DNA from: Candidatus Micrarchaeia archaeon
Lineage (GTDB): Archaea > Micrarchaeota > Micrarchaeia > Burarchaeales > JAVZCV01
DNA length: 26,917 bases
Assembly: GCA_038874215.1 (NCBI GenBank)
Contig: JAVZCV010000016.1
Span: 1 to 26,917, forward strand
Direction: 5' to 3'
The notes beneath the pieces were generated by a model, which saw nothing but the letters and a program-made list of their open reading frames with translations, did not search any database and was not told where the DNA came from. How positions within the stretch are numbered: the first letter of the stretch is position 1; the number at the start of each line of letters is the position of its first letter. A program made the position numbers and the translations under genes. Shown here piece by piece: positions 17,970 to 26,158 of this stretch.

Positions 17970-19193
17970 ATGAGAATAGCATACTTCGTCTGGGAGTTTC
18001 CTCCAAAACTCGTCGGCGGGCTCGGGACGTACGCATCAGAGATAACGCCAAGATTCGTTAAGATGGGGCACGACGTATGTGTTTTTACCATGAACCATGA
18101 GGGAAAACTCAAAACGCACGAAGTGATGGGCGGAATGGACATACACAGGCCTCTTGCAGCAGACGCAACTGACATCCTGCATATTTTTGTTGACGACGAG
18201 TTAAGACGCTGGGGAGCGGGCATGAAATTTTTCTCCGATATACTCACATACAACATGCTCTCTGCAAACAAATTCGTAAATCTACTCTCAAAAGAGGGTA
18301 ACTTTGACATCATAGTCTGCCACGATTGGCTCTCCTCAATAGCGGGCGTAATCTCAATGGCAAACACATCCCTCCCCCTCGTTTTCCACGTCCATTCAAC
18401 AGAGCACGGCAGAAGCGGTGGAAAAGGTTCAAAGACAGTACGGGATTTAGAATACTACACTGCGCTGAAAGCAAACCTAATCATAACGGTCAGCTATGCA
18501 ATGCGTGAAGAATTGCACATGCTCAATTTTCCATATGACAAGATACGCGTTTGCTGGAATGGCGTTGATTGCGAAAAGTACCACCCAAAAAACATCAGCG
18601 AAACGGATGCAAAAGAATACCGCAGAAAGCTTGGAATAGGTGATGATGAGCGCCTCATCCTATTCACGGGCAGGCTGACATGGGTTAAAGGAGTGGATGC
18701 CCTCATTAGGGCATTACCTACTGTTCTTCAGAAATTCCCGAAAACGAAACTGGCAATTCTTGGAGTCGGTGAGATGAAGGATGAGCTTCTATCCCTTGCA
18801 TCCCGATTAGGCATTAGTGGGCAAATTGTGATGATTGACAGGTGGGCTGAGGAGCGAGAGCGAATCATGCTATACTCATGTGCCGATGTCGTTTGCATCC
18901 CATCCCGATATGAGCCATTTGGGATAGTAGCGCTTGAAGCGATGAGCATGAAAAAACCCGTAATCGTTGGAATGGGTGGTCTGAGAGAGATAGTTCAGAA
19001 TGGAGAAAATGGGCTATACTGCGATCCGAACTCACCCGATACGATATCGGATGCCATAAACCGCATATTTGAAGACGGTGCCTTTGCTTCACGAATTTCC
19101 GAAGGCGCAAGGAACCGTGTTGAGAAGTTTTACTCTTGGGATAAAATAGCTAAAGAAACAATTGAGCTTTACAAAAGCGCAATTCAAAAATAG
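17970..19193 (+). CDS. GT4-family glycosyltransferase (glycogen synthase-like)
   Basis: WEFPP..VGGLG, HDW, HSTE.GR, NGVD, GRL..VKG, PSRYEPFGIVALEAM (EX7E). Confidence 0.9.
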   Translation: MRIAYFVWEFPPKLVGGLGTYASEITPRFVKMGHDVCVFTMNHEGKLKTHEVMGGMDIHRPLAADATDILHIFVDDELRRWGAGMKFFSDILTYNMLSANKFVNLLSKEGNFDIIVCHDWLSSIAGVISMANTSLPLVFHVHSTEHGRSGGKGSKTVRDLEYYTALKANLIITVSYAMREELHMLNFPYDKIRVCWNGVDCEKYHPKNISETDAKEYRRKLGIGDDERLILFTGRLTWVKGVDALIRALPTVLQKFPKTKLAILGVGEMKDELLSLASRLGISGQIVMIDRWAEERERIMLYSCADVVCIPSRYEPFGIVALEAMSMKKPVIVGMGGLREIVQNGENGLYCDPNSPDTISDAINRIFEDGAFASRISEGARNRVEKFYSWDKIAKETIELYKSAIQK

Positions 19194-19196
19194 CAC

Positions 19197-19838
19197 CTAA
19201 AGACGTATCTCAACTTCCACCCTATCGTCATCTTTCAGCCTAAATTTTCTCCGCAGGTTTTTCGGTGCTATTACCTCTATGACATCATTACCATAGCTTG
19301 ACCTCTCTGGGAATATTACTGCACATTCTATTTCTTTCAGTTTTGCAGGCACATACAATATGTCCCCAAACTTTCTACCAACCTTGCAGAAGCCCTTTAT
19401 TCTCGCCGCACGTATTTTGAGCATGGGTTTTAAGTGTATGTTATCAACACGCAGGTTCAGCGTGCCTGGGAAAGGTATAAAGCCAAGCTTGCCTTTTATC
19501 TGTTTTTTATACTCTGGAAAAGAAAGGTAATACCTCCCGTCGCCATAACCAGTGAATACCCTTCCACTCACAATAATCCTGGCGGGTTTCTCAAGCGCGC
19601 TTTCTATGCTCCTCTTAAGTGCCATCAGTTCCTGAACCGTGCTTTCTGTTAGAGTTATGCTTCCCTTCTCCCTTTTTATTATACCCTCTTTTTCCATCTC
19701 TATAAGCCATCTTGAAATCGTCTGCTGGGGAACGCAAATCCTCTCTGAAATTTCAATAGTGCTCATCTTTACTCCGCTCACCGCACCTTCTGAAACAAGA
19801 AGAAAAAGCAGGTCATGCATATCCTTTTTCCTGAACAT
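19197..19838 (-). CDS. ribK: CTP-dependent riboflavin kinase with N-terminal winged HTH (RbkR type)
   Basis: HTH STIEIS..ICVPQQTISRWL; G.V.TG.GDG.YY, PFPGTLN, PERSSY, IEVIAP.NLR. Start set at ATG 19838. Confidence 0.92.
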   Translation of the reverse strand: MFRKKDMHDLLFLLVSEGAVSGVKMSTIEISERICVPQQTISRWLIEMEKEGIIKREKGSITLTESTVQELMALKRSIESALEKPARIIVSGRVFTGYGDGRYYLSFPEYKKQIKGKLGFIPFPGTLNLRVDNIHLKPMLKIRAARIKGFCKVGRKFGDILYVPAKLKEIECAVIFPERSSYGNDVIEVIAPKNLRRKFRLKDDDRVEVEIRL

Positions 19839-19839
19839 A

Positions 19840-19852
19840 CGAATACTATTCG
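19840..19852. promoter_or_regulatory. Candidate operator palindrome immediately upstream of ribK/rbkR
   Basis: CGAATA-C-TATTCG lies between the start codon and a TATA-like TTTTATATA on the minus strand (about 19861-19870). Confidence 0.4.
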
Positions 19853-19889
19853 CCAAAAAATATATAAAATACAGTAGCAAAATCCCATC

Positions 19890-20834
19890 ATGGGCGGCCA
19901 GTTTTTTGTTGATGGAATGACGGTTCGCTTTAACGGCACGTCAATATCGCTTGATTCATGCGGTGGCGAAATCGTATTCGTTTCGCATGCGCATGGCGAC
20001 CACATAAAACCGATGAAAAGCCCATGCGGCGTTCTCTGCTCAGACGAGACATACGAGATAGCTCTCGCGAGAGGGGTGGAGCCGAGATGCAGGCGCACCT
20101 CTTTTAAGCACGTGCGCATGCTTGAGGCAGGGCATGTTCTCGGCTCAAAACAGATTTTCATAGAATGCGACGGGGAATCGTTCGTATATACGGGAGACTT
20201 CAAACTTGAAGCAGGACTTACAACAAGCAGTGCAGAAGTTGTGGAGTGCGATACGCTGATAATAGATGCGACATACTGCAACCCAAAGTACGAATTTCCA
20301 AGCAGGGCAGATGTCGTTCGCGAAATTCAGAAATGGGTGCAAGATGAGGACGGCAACATAGTGCTCCTTGGTGGATACGGGTTCGGCAAGGCTCAGGAGC
20401 TCATCGCAATATTGAACGATGTTGGCATATCACCAGTTGTACACCCAATTGTTGAGAGCATATGCAAGGTATATGAAAAATTTGGAATAAGTCTTGATAG
20501 AACTGCAATAGGGACAGAGGAAGCGAAAGAATGCATGCGTGATGGATTCGTAGCAGTTATGCCGCAAAACCTTGTGAATTTATCACTTTCCAGAAAACTC
20601 TCTGAATTGTACCGCAGAAAGGCGGTATGCGCAGTTGCGACAGGATGGGCAAGTGCTTTCCGATTTCCGGTAAATCGTGCCTTCACTTTAAGTGATCACG
20701 GTGATTTCAAGCAGATACTCCACTACATAAGGGAAAGTGGGGCAAAAAAAGTCTATTTCACACACTTTTCCGATGATGGTGCAGGAGAAGCGCTGAGAAG
20801 ATATGGCATAGAAGCGCAACCTCTGCAACGATGA
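19890..20834 (+). CDS. Metallo-beta-lactamase / beta-CASP-like nuclease
   Basis: SHAHGDH, AGHVLGS, YTGDF, DATY, GKAQELI, LSDHGDF, terminal FTH. Confidence 0.88.
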   Translation: MGGQFFVDGMTVRFNGTSISLDSCGGEIVFVSHAHGDHIKPMKSPCGVLCSDETYEIALARGVEPRCRRTSFKHVRMLEAGHVLGSKQIFIECDGESFVYTGDFKLEAGLTTSSAEVVECDTLIIDATYCNPKYEFPSRADVVREIQKWVQDEDGNIVLLGGYGFGKAQELIAILNDVGISPVVHPIVESICKVYEKFGISLDRTAIGTEEAKECMRDGFVAVMPQNLVNLSLSRKLSELYRRKAVCAVATGWASAFRFPVNRAFTLSDHGDFKQILHYIRESGAKKVYFTHFSDDGAGEALRRYGIEAQPLQR

Positions 20835-20857
20835 ATTATGGGAAACCAAAAGCTCTC

Positions 20858-21005
20858 TTTGAAATTATTTCAAAAAGTATTGCAATTATCTAAACCAACT
20901 TTCATTAAAAACACTTAGTTATTATAATAAACTAAGTTAATACAAAAACTATATCTTTTAAATAGATGTTTAAGCGCAGATTTTATATAGGAACGTTCGT
21001 CTGCG
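20858..21005. promoter_or_regulatory. AT-rich intergenic region with several inverted repeats and a TATA box upstream of the KaiC-like gene
   Basis: TTTGAAAT-T-ATTTCAAA (20858-20874); ACTTAGTT-N9-AACTAAGT (20913-20937); CGCAGA...TCTGCG (20975-21005) flanking TTTTATATA. Confidence 0.5.
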
Positions 21006-21015
21006 AAGTGATGGC

Positions 21016-21582
21016 ATGGATACCGAAAAACTTAGAGAATTTCTGCAATTCAGTGAAAGCGTCCAATCTTTGCTACTGATATGCGAAGAGGACATCAGCA
21101 TTCTCCTGCCCAATATTCTAACGATTCTAATACAGGAGGAGGGAATGAACGGTATATTCGTGTGTATTGATAGGCCAACAAAATTCTACACTAACGTCCT
21201 CACCTCCCGAAAAATTCCTCCTGAAAAGCTTTTTCTAATAGAGGTTTCGCGCTCCCCCACCACTCCTACATTTGTTGAAAGCCCATCAGACCTCACATCC
21301 CTAAAAATAGCAATAACAGATGCGATAAACCAAATACCGAAATCTGATAAAGTATTCTTCACTATTGATTCAATAGAATCTCTAAGCCTTTATAACGACC
21401 CGAAAACCATCGGTAGATTTTTGCACGAAACCAATTTGCAGATGCGGATTAATGGTATCTTCCAGCTTTATATTCTCATCCCAGACCATGAACTGTGTCC
21501 CATAGTCAAGAAGCTATCCGATAGACACATGGAAATATCTACTACTCCGGAGAGTATTTTCGCAAAAGCATTCCGAAAGTGA
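21016..21582 (+). CDS. Inactivated KaiC/RecA-fold protein (DUF835/DUF7504-like)
   Basis: GIFVCIDRP, LTSLKIAI, FFTIDSIESLSLYN, KKLSD..MEI; no Walker A GKT. Confidence 0.65.
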   Translation: MDTEKLREFLQFSESVQSLLLICEEDISILLPNILTILIQEEGMNGIFVCIDRPTKFYTNVLTSRKIPPEKLFLIEVSRSPTTPTFVESPSDLTSLKIAITDAINQIPKSDKVFFTIDSIESLSLYNDPKTIGRFLHETNLQMRINGIFQLYILIPDHELCPIVKKLSDRHMEISTTPESIFAKAFRK

Positions 21583-21586
21583 TACT

Positions 21587-22374
21587 ATGGTTCAGAAAAG
21601 GCTGTGGATTGTTTATCTCTCTCTTGCAGTCCTCTTCGCAATACTCCTCTTTATATGCAATTCAATTCCGTTTAGCGTTTCAGGGAATACCTTAATGCTT
21701 ATCTTCGCCATCTTCTATCTGCTCTCCCTCATAATGGCGTTTGCATGCAGCCTTATCGCATTCAAAGGATATATTGAAACGGGTATTCTAACAGTTCTCC
21801 TAATCGCATGCGCCCTGCTTTTCTATACGCTCTCCTCTTTAATGACTCTGGAATACCTCCACTGTGTTATAAATACTGCGTGTTTGCCCATTCTGTTCTT
21901 CTACTGGGCATCAGCTACATTCATCCCGCTTCTTTTTTTTGCAGTGAGCCCGTGGCAATCCAAAATAATCAAATCCCACAACGCGCGTTCCCTCATAGCT
22001 ATTTTTTTGTGCATTTTTGTCTCTATATCAGCGCTCCTACTTCACCCCTTATCTCCTCGTATCATCCCATACACCATCCAACACATTGACCCAGTATACG
22101 CTTACCAATTGTTCTCAATATTCTTTGTAATTCTGGCTCTTATCGCGGTTGCAGGATTCCACAGGCTTTACAACGCCAATCCAAACCAAATTATACTATC
22201 CTTTCTGGCCGCATCCGTATTCATTCTTGAGTCTATGCTTACTCGCTATATAGAGCCATCGCAGGGGCTGTTGACGTTCTTGAACTATTACTCCTATCAC
22301 TCGGATTTGCATCTCTTGCGTTTGGGGCCTTTATAATGCCCAGATTGGAGAAAAAGAAGAACATAAGTCAGTAA
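21587..22374 (+). CDS. Polytopic membrane protein (putative sensor), apparently frameshifted near the 3' end
   Basis: ORF 21587-22336 has about 7 TM segments. The -1 frame, open from 22231 to TAA 22372-22374, encodes a further TM helix and basic tail (VLELLLLSLGFASLAFGAFIMPRLEKKKNISQ). Confidence 0.6.
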
Positions 22375-23084
22375 ACTTTCTCCCCAGGGAAGACCCGAAG
22401 CCCACTATTTGTGAATTTTAATGGCACGAGCTTGCCAACGTGCCTTGCTCCCCTCATTTTAAGAACTTCAAGAGCCCTTATTCTGCTCTCTTCTCTCGGG
22501 AAATTGTAAAGTATTATCACCCCATCTGCGAGGAATTCCTCAACATCAAAAGCAAAGCCGTCTCTCTCGGCGGTTGGCATTTCAACAGTAAGCAGAACCG
22601 TTGCATCCAGTTTTGCTACATACTCAAGCAGAAAAACCATGCTCTTCCTAAAGTCAAAATCTGATGAAAAGCCAGCCTTTATTATCGTTGCAGAATCTAT
22701 GGCAACACGGCTCGCCTTATATTGTGAAACAAAAGCCTCTATCAACTCCTGCAGGTTCTCAAACCACTTCCTTTCCGTGGCTATTTTTGGGAATGGTTCA
22801 ACCTTCGTTATTACTACCCTATCCTCTTCAACGAGTTTCTCAAAATCCGCCCATTCTGGGAAAGCAGCCATCACGTTCTCTATTATCCTGTCCCTCTCTT
22901 CTTCTGTTGATATAAAAATGCCGACCTCCCCAGCCTTTGCACCCGCATAGAGAAACTGCATACAAAAAAGCGTTTTGCCCGTCCCAGGGCCACCAGCAAC
23001 AATGATGCTCCTCTTTTTCGGGAAACCGCCCCCAAGAATATCATCAAGGCCCTCAACACCAGTTTTTACTCTTTCAATTGCCAT
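22368..23084 (-). CDS. Single-domain KaiC/RAD55-family ATPase
   Basis: RVKTGVEGLD.ILGGG.P, GGPGTGKT, STEE, RVAIDS, VEEFLADGVI, LEVLKMRG. Confidence 0.93.
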   Translation of the reverse strand: MAIERVKTGVEGLDDILGGGFPKKRSIIVAGGPGTGKTLFCMQFLYAGAKAGEVGIFISTEEERDRIIENVMAAFPEWADFEKLVEEDRVVITKVEPFPKIATERKWFENLQELIEAFVSQYKASRVAIDSATIIKAGFSSDFDFRKSMVFLLEYVAKLDATVLLTVEMPTAERDGFAFDVEEFLADGVIILYNFPREESRIRALEVLKMRGARHVGKLVPLKFTNSGLRVFPGEKVY

Positions 23085-23131
23085 AATCTAATAACAGCAA
23101 ACAGTTTATAATACCTCTCTATGTACGACAG

Positions 23132-23335
23132 CTACATGTTGTATATCTCAATGAGCTCTCGTGCCATCATTACATGTGCCTTTTCCTCTTCAAACAATCG
23201 CACAAACATGTCATAAAGTTCCTTCTTCATTATCTTGCCCAAAATTTCTCCGTAAAGTTTTGCTGTTTTCTCTTCAAATTCCAGTATCTCTACAAGCTTC
23301 TGCTTAAAAGCCAATTTCCCTATCTTAGTATTCAT
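23132..23335 (-). CDS. Small half-ferritin/rubrerythrin-like protein (67 aa)
   Basis: ILEFEEKTAKLY...F..L.EEEKAH pattern. ATG 23335 is preceded by GGTGA and overlaps the upstream gene's stop. Confidence 0.7.
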   Translation of the reverse strand: MNTKIGKLAFKQKLVEILEFEEKTAKLYGEILGKIMKKELYDMFVRLFEEEKAHVMMARELIEIYNM

Positions 23336-23564
23336 CTTCACCGCCCGAAACGACAATCGTAAGAATTTCGTTAAGCTCCTTCTCGTGCCTTTTTGCATCC
23401 TCATGCAACTGTATGATCGTTCTGCGTATTCGCTCTCGCTTTTCCTCGCTTAAATCGGCAAAGGCGAGCTCTCTTGAGTAAAGTTCGGCAAGCTTCCTCA
23501 CTTTTTTGCCTTCAAGCGAAATTGCTTTTTTTATATCCTTTATCAAATCTCTCTTCCTCACCAT
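23325..23564 (-). CDS. Small half-ferritin-like protein (79 aa)
   Basis: AISLE...LY...L.EDAKRH helix-pair pattern; start ATG 23564 chosen (track uses TTG 23585). Confidence 0.6.
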   Translation of the reverse strand: MVRKRDLIKDIKKAISLEGKKVRKLAELYSRELAFADLSEEKRERIRRTIIQLHEDAKRHEKELNEILTIVVSGGEDEY

Positions 23565-23646
23565 GTGTTCGTTTAGCAGATTCAATTAATATAAACTCAT
23601 CGCGCTAACCCTATAACCCTATAAATCTATGCGGAGATATTAAGGC

Positions 23647-24162
23647 ATGCTACTGTCAAATGAGGATATTAAAAAGCTGGTAAAAGAAGGTAAAATCATA
23701 TTTTCCCCGCCCATAAGCGAAGACCAAATCGGCCAAGCGTCAGTAGACCTCACGCTGAGTAATGAATTCTGGATTTTCAGAAAAGGCATACGCAGGGTTA
23801 TTGACGTAAAGAAAGTTAGGCACGAGGACATAAGCGAAAAGATAATTGCGGATGAAATAACGCTTGCAAGCGGCCAGATGGTGCTCGGCAAAACTGTTGA
23901 AAGAATAAAACTGCCTTTGGATATTGCGGGCAGGCTCGAAGGAAGGAGCACATATGCGCGCATGGGTGTTGCAGTGCATATAACGAGTGGCGCAATACAG
24001 CCAGGCAGTGACAACAGGCAGGTTCTTGAAATAGTGAATCTCTCCCCCTACTCCATAAAATTATGCAAAGGGCTTCGCCTTTGCCAAGTTTTTTTTGAAA
24101 AATTGGAAAGCGCTACGACAAAACCCTATGCAAAATTTGGGAGGATAGCGATTGGTCAATAG
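23647..24162 (+). CDS. dcd: dCTP deaminase family protein
   Basis: [38 protein letters not shown]. Confidence 0.9.
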   Translation: MLLSNEDIKKLVKEGKIIFSPPISEDQIGQASVDLTLSNEFWIFRKGIRRVIDVKKVRHEDISEKIIADEITLASGQMVLGKTVERIKLPLDIAGRLEGRSTYARMGVAVHITSGAIQPGSDNRQVLEIVNLSPYSIKLCKGLRLCQVFFEKLESATTKPYAKFGRIAIGQ

Positions 24163-24221
24163 GCAGAAAGATAATAAAATATAAAGCTTGCTGGAAATAT
24201 ATCTCAATCTCTGGTGGTAAG

Positions 24222-24752
24222 TTGGCTATCAAGGAGATACGTTTTCATGGGCGTGGGGGGCAGGGAGCAGTTACCGCAGCATCCCTGCTGGCGATGGCGG
24301 CGGGAGATGAGGGGAAATATTCACAAGCATTTCCCTTCTTCGGAGTTGAGCGCAGAGGGGCTCCTGTAACAAGCTTTTGCAGAATCTCCGATGAGCCCAT
24401 AAAAATCCACCAATACATATACAAGCCAGATATTGTTGTCGTCCTTGACCCCTCCCTACTTGGCAAAGTTGATGTTTGCGAAGGCCTGAAAGAGGGCGGC
24501 ATAGTAATAGTAAACTCCAAAGAACGAATTAGCCTGCCCACAAAAAATGCATATTTCGTTGATGCAAGCGGAATAGCGATAAAGCACATAGGAAAGCCCA
24601 TAGTTAATACGGCAATGCTCGGCGCGTTTGCGAAAGTAACCAACCTTGTGCACATAGACGGGCTTAAGAAGGCGATTGGCGAAGTTTTCAAAGGCGAGCT
24701 TGCAGAGAAGAACATACGTGCAATAGAGGAATGCTACTCGGGCGTGGTTTGA
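24222..24752 (+). CDS. porG: Pyruvate/2-oxoacid:ferredoxin oxidoreductase gamma subunit
   Basis: [38 protein letters not shown] start. Confidence 0.95.
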   Translation: MAIKEIRFHGRGGQGAVTAASLLAMAAGDEGKYSQAFPFFGVERRGAPVTSFCRISDEPIKIHQYIYKPDIVVVLDPSLLGKVDVCEGLKEGGIVIVNSKERISLPTKNAYFVDASGIAIKHIGKPIVNTAMLGAFAKVTNLVHIDGLKKAIGEVFKGELAEKNIRAIEECYSGVV

Positions 24753-25021
24753 TGAAAGTCCCCATATCAAAGCCAAACACATCAAGGCAGAAAAAAACAG
24801 GAGATTGGAGCACAAAAAAACCATCAGTTGACAAAGAAAAATGCATACGCTGCGGCACATGCGTCCTTTACTGCCCTGAGGGTATAATCCGAATAATTCC
24901 GAACGACAAGAACGTAAAGCCGAAGGATAAAGATATAATCACAGATTACGATTATTGCAAGGGCTGCGGGATATGCGCAGCGGTGTGCCCTGTTAAATGC
25001 ATAAAAATGGTTGATAAGTAG
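24752..25021 (+). CDS. porD: 2-oxoacid:ferredoxin oxidoreductase delta subunit (2x[4Fe-4S])
   Basis: KTGDW..KKP, CIRCGTCVLYCP, CKGCGICAAVCP; TGATG overlap with porG. Confidence 0.95.
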   Translation: MKVPISKPNTSRQKKTGDWSTKKPSVDKEKCIRCGTCVLYCPEGIIRIIPNDKNVKPKDKDIITDYDYCKGCGICAAVCPVKCIKMVDK

Positions 25022-25030
25022 CGTGGTTGA

Positions 25031-26158
25031 ATGAGGAAGACCATTGAAGGTTCTCTTGCAGTTGCAGAGACGGTAAAAAACTGCGACCCTGACGTAGTGG
25101 CATGCTATCCCATAACCCCATCAACACACATAGCCGAGGAGCTGCAAAAGATGTATTCTGATGGGGAAATAAGGTCTTTCATAGCGGTTGAGTCTGAATT
25201 CTCCGCTATATCTGCACTCGTCGGAGCGAGCGCGGCTGGCGGAAGGACCTTCACTGCCACAAGCAGTCAGGGGCTCGCCCTCATGCACGAAGTGCTTTTC
25301 TGTGCTGCAGGAATGCGCCTTCCAATAGTTATGGTTGTTGCGAACAGGTCTCTCAGCGCACCGCTCAGCATATGGCTTGACCATCAGGATGCCATGTCAG
25401 AGAGAGACTCGGGCTGGATTCAAATATACTGTGAAAGCAACCAAGAGGTTGCAGATAGCGTAGTCCAGGCATTTAAGATTGCGGAATCAGTCTATATACC
25501 CACGATGGTTTGCATGGATGGATTTTACCTAACCCATTCAGTTGAGCAGATAGAAATACCTGATAAAGAGACAATCGGAAAGTTCCTGCCCCCTTTCAAA
25601 CCCGCATACGTTCTTGACCCAAAGAACCCACTAACGATGGGCGCATACGCCTACCCTGAGCATTACCAAAGTTTCAGAGAAGACCTCCAAAACGACATTT
25701 TCTCTGCAAAGAAAACAATAGCGGAGTGTGGAAAGGAATGGGGCAAGCTTACTGGAAGGGAATACGGGCTCTACGAGGCTTATAAAATTGATGATGCGGA
25801 TTTCGTTCTAATAGGAATGGGTAGCCTTATGGGCAACACAAAAGTCGCTGTTGACGAGTTGCGGGCACAGGGAAAAAAAGTGGGCTCGCTTAGAATAAGA
25901 AGCTTCAGGCCTTTTCCATACGAAATCTCCGAATTGCTTGAAGGAAAGAAGGCAGTAGGGGTTTTTGACAGGGCATTGAGCTTGGGAGGGACAAATCCAC
26001 TTTTCGCAGAGGTTGTTGCTTCTCTGATAGACCACAAGAAGTTGCCAAGGCTGAGCAGTTTCGTAGGCGGGCTCGGCGGCAGGGATGTTACTGTGGAGCA
26101 CATTAAAGGATTTTTCAAAATGCTTGAAACCAATAAGCCATACAGAGGGTTTGTATGA
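25031..26158 (+). CDS. porA: Pyruvate:ferredoxin oxidoreductase alpha subunit
   Basis: YPITPST, ESEFSA, TATSSQGL.LMHE, ANR.LSAP, DGFYLTH, GLGGRD. Confidence 0.95.
   Translation: MRKTIEGSLAVAETVKNCDPDVVACYPITPSTHIAEELQKMYSDGEIRSFIAVESEFSAISALVGASAAGGRTFTATSSQGLALMHEVLFCAAGMRLPIVMVVANRSLSAPLSIWLDHQDAMSERDSGWIQIYCESNQEVADSVVQAFKIAESVYIPTMVCMDGFYLTHSVEQIEIPDKETIGKFLPPFKPAYVLDPKNPLTMGAYAYPEHYQSFREDLQNDIFSAKKTIAECGKEWGKLTGREYGLYEAYKIDDADFVLIGMGSLMGNTKVAVDELRAQGKKVGSLRIRSFRPFPYEISELLEGKKAVGVFDRALSLGGTNPLFAEVVASLIDHKKLPRLSSFVGGLGGRDVTVEHIKGFFKMLETNKPYRGFV

Noticed and set aside
20835-21015. AT-rich spacer as a replication origin
   Set aside because: No convincing ORB repeats and no adjacent cdc6/orc1.
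22368-23084. Circadian clock KaiC
   Set aside because: Single domain, no S/T phosphosites, and no kaiA/kaiB.
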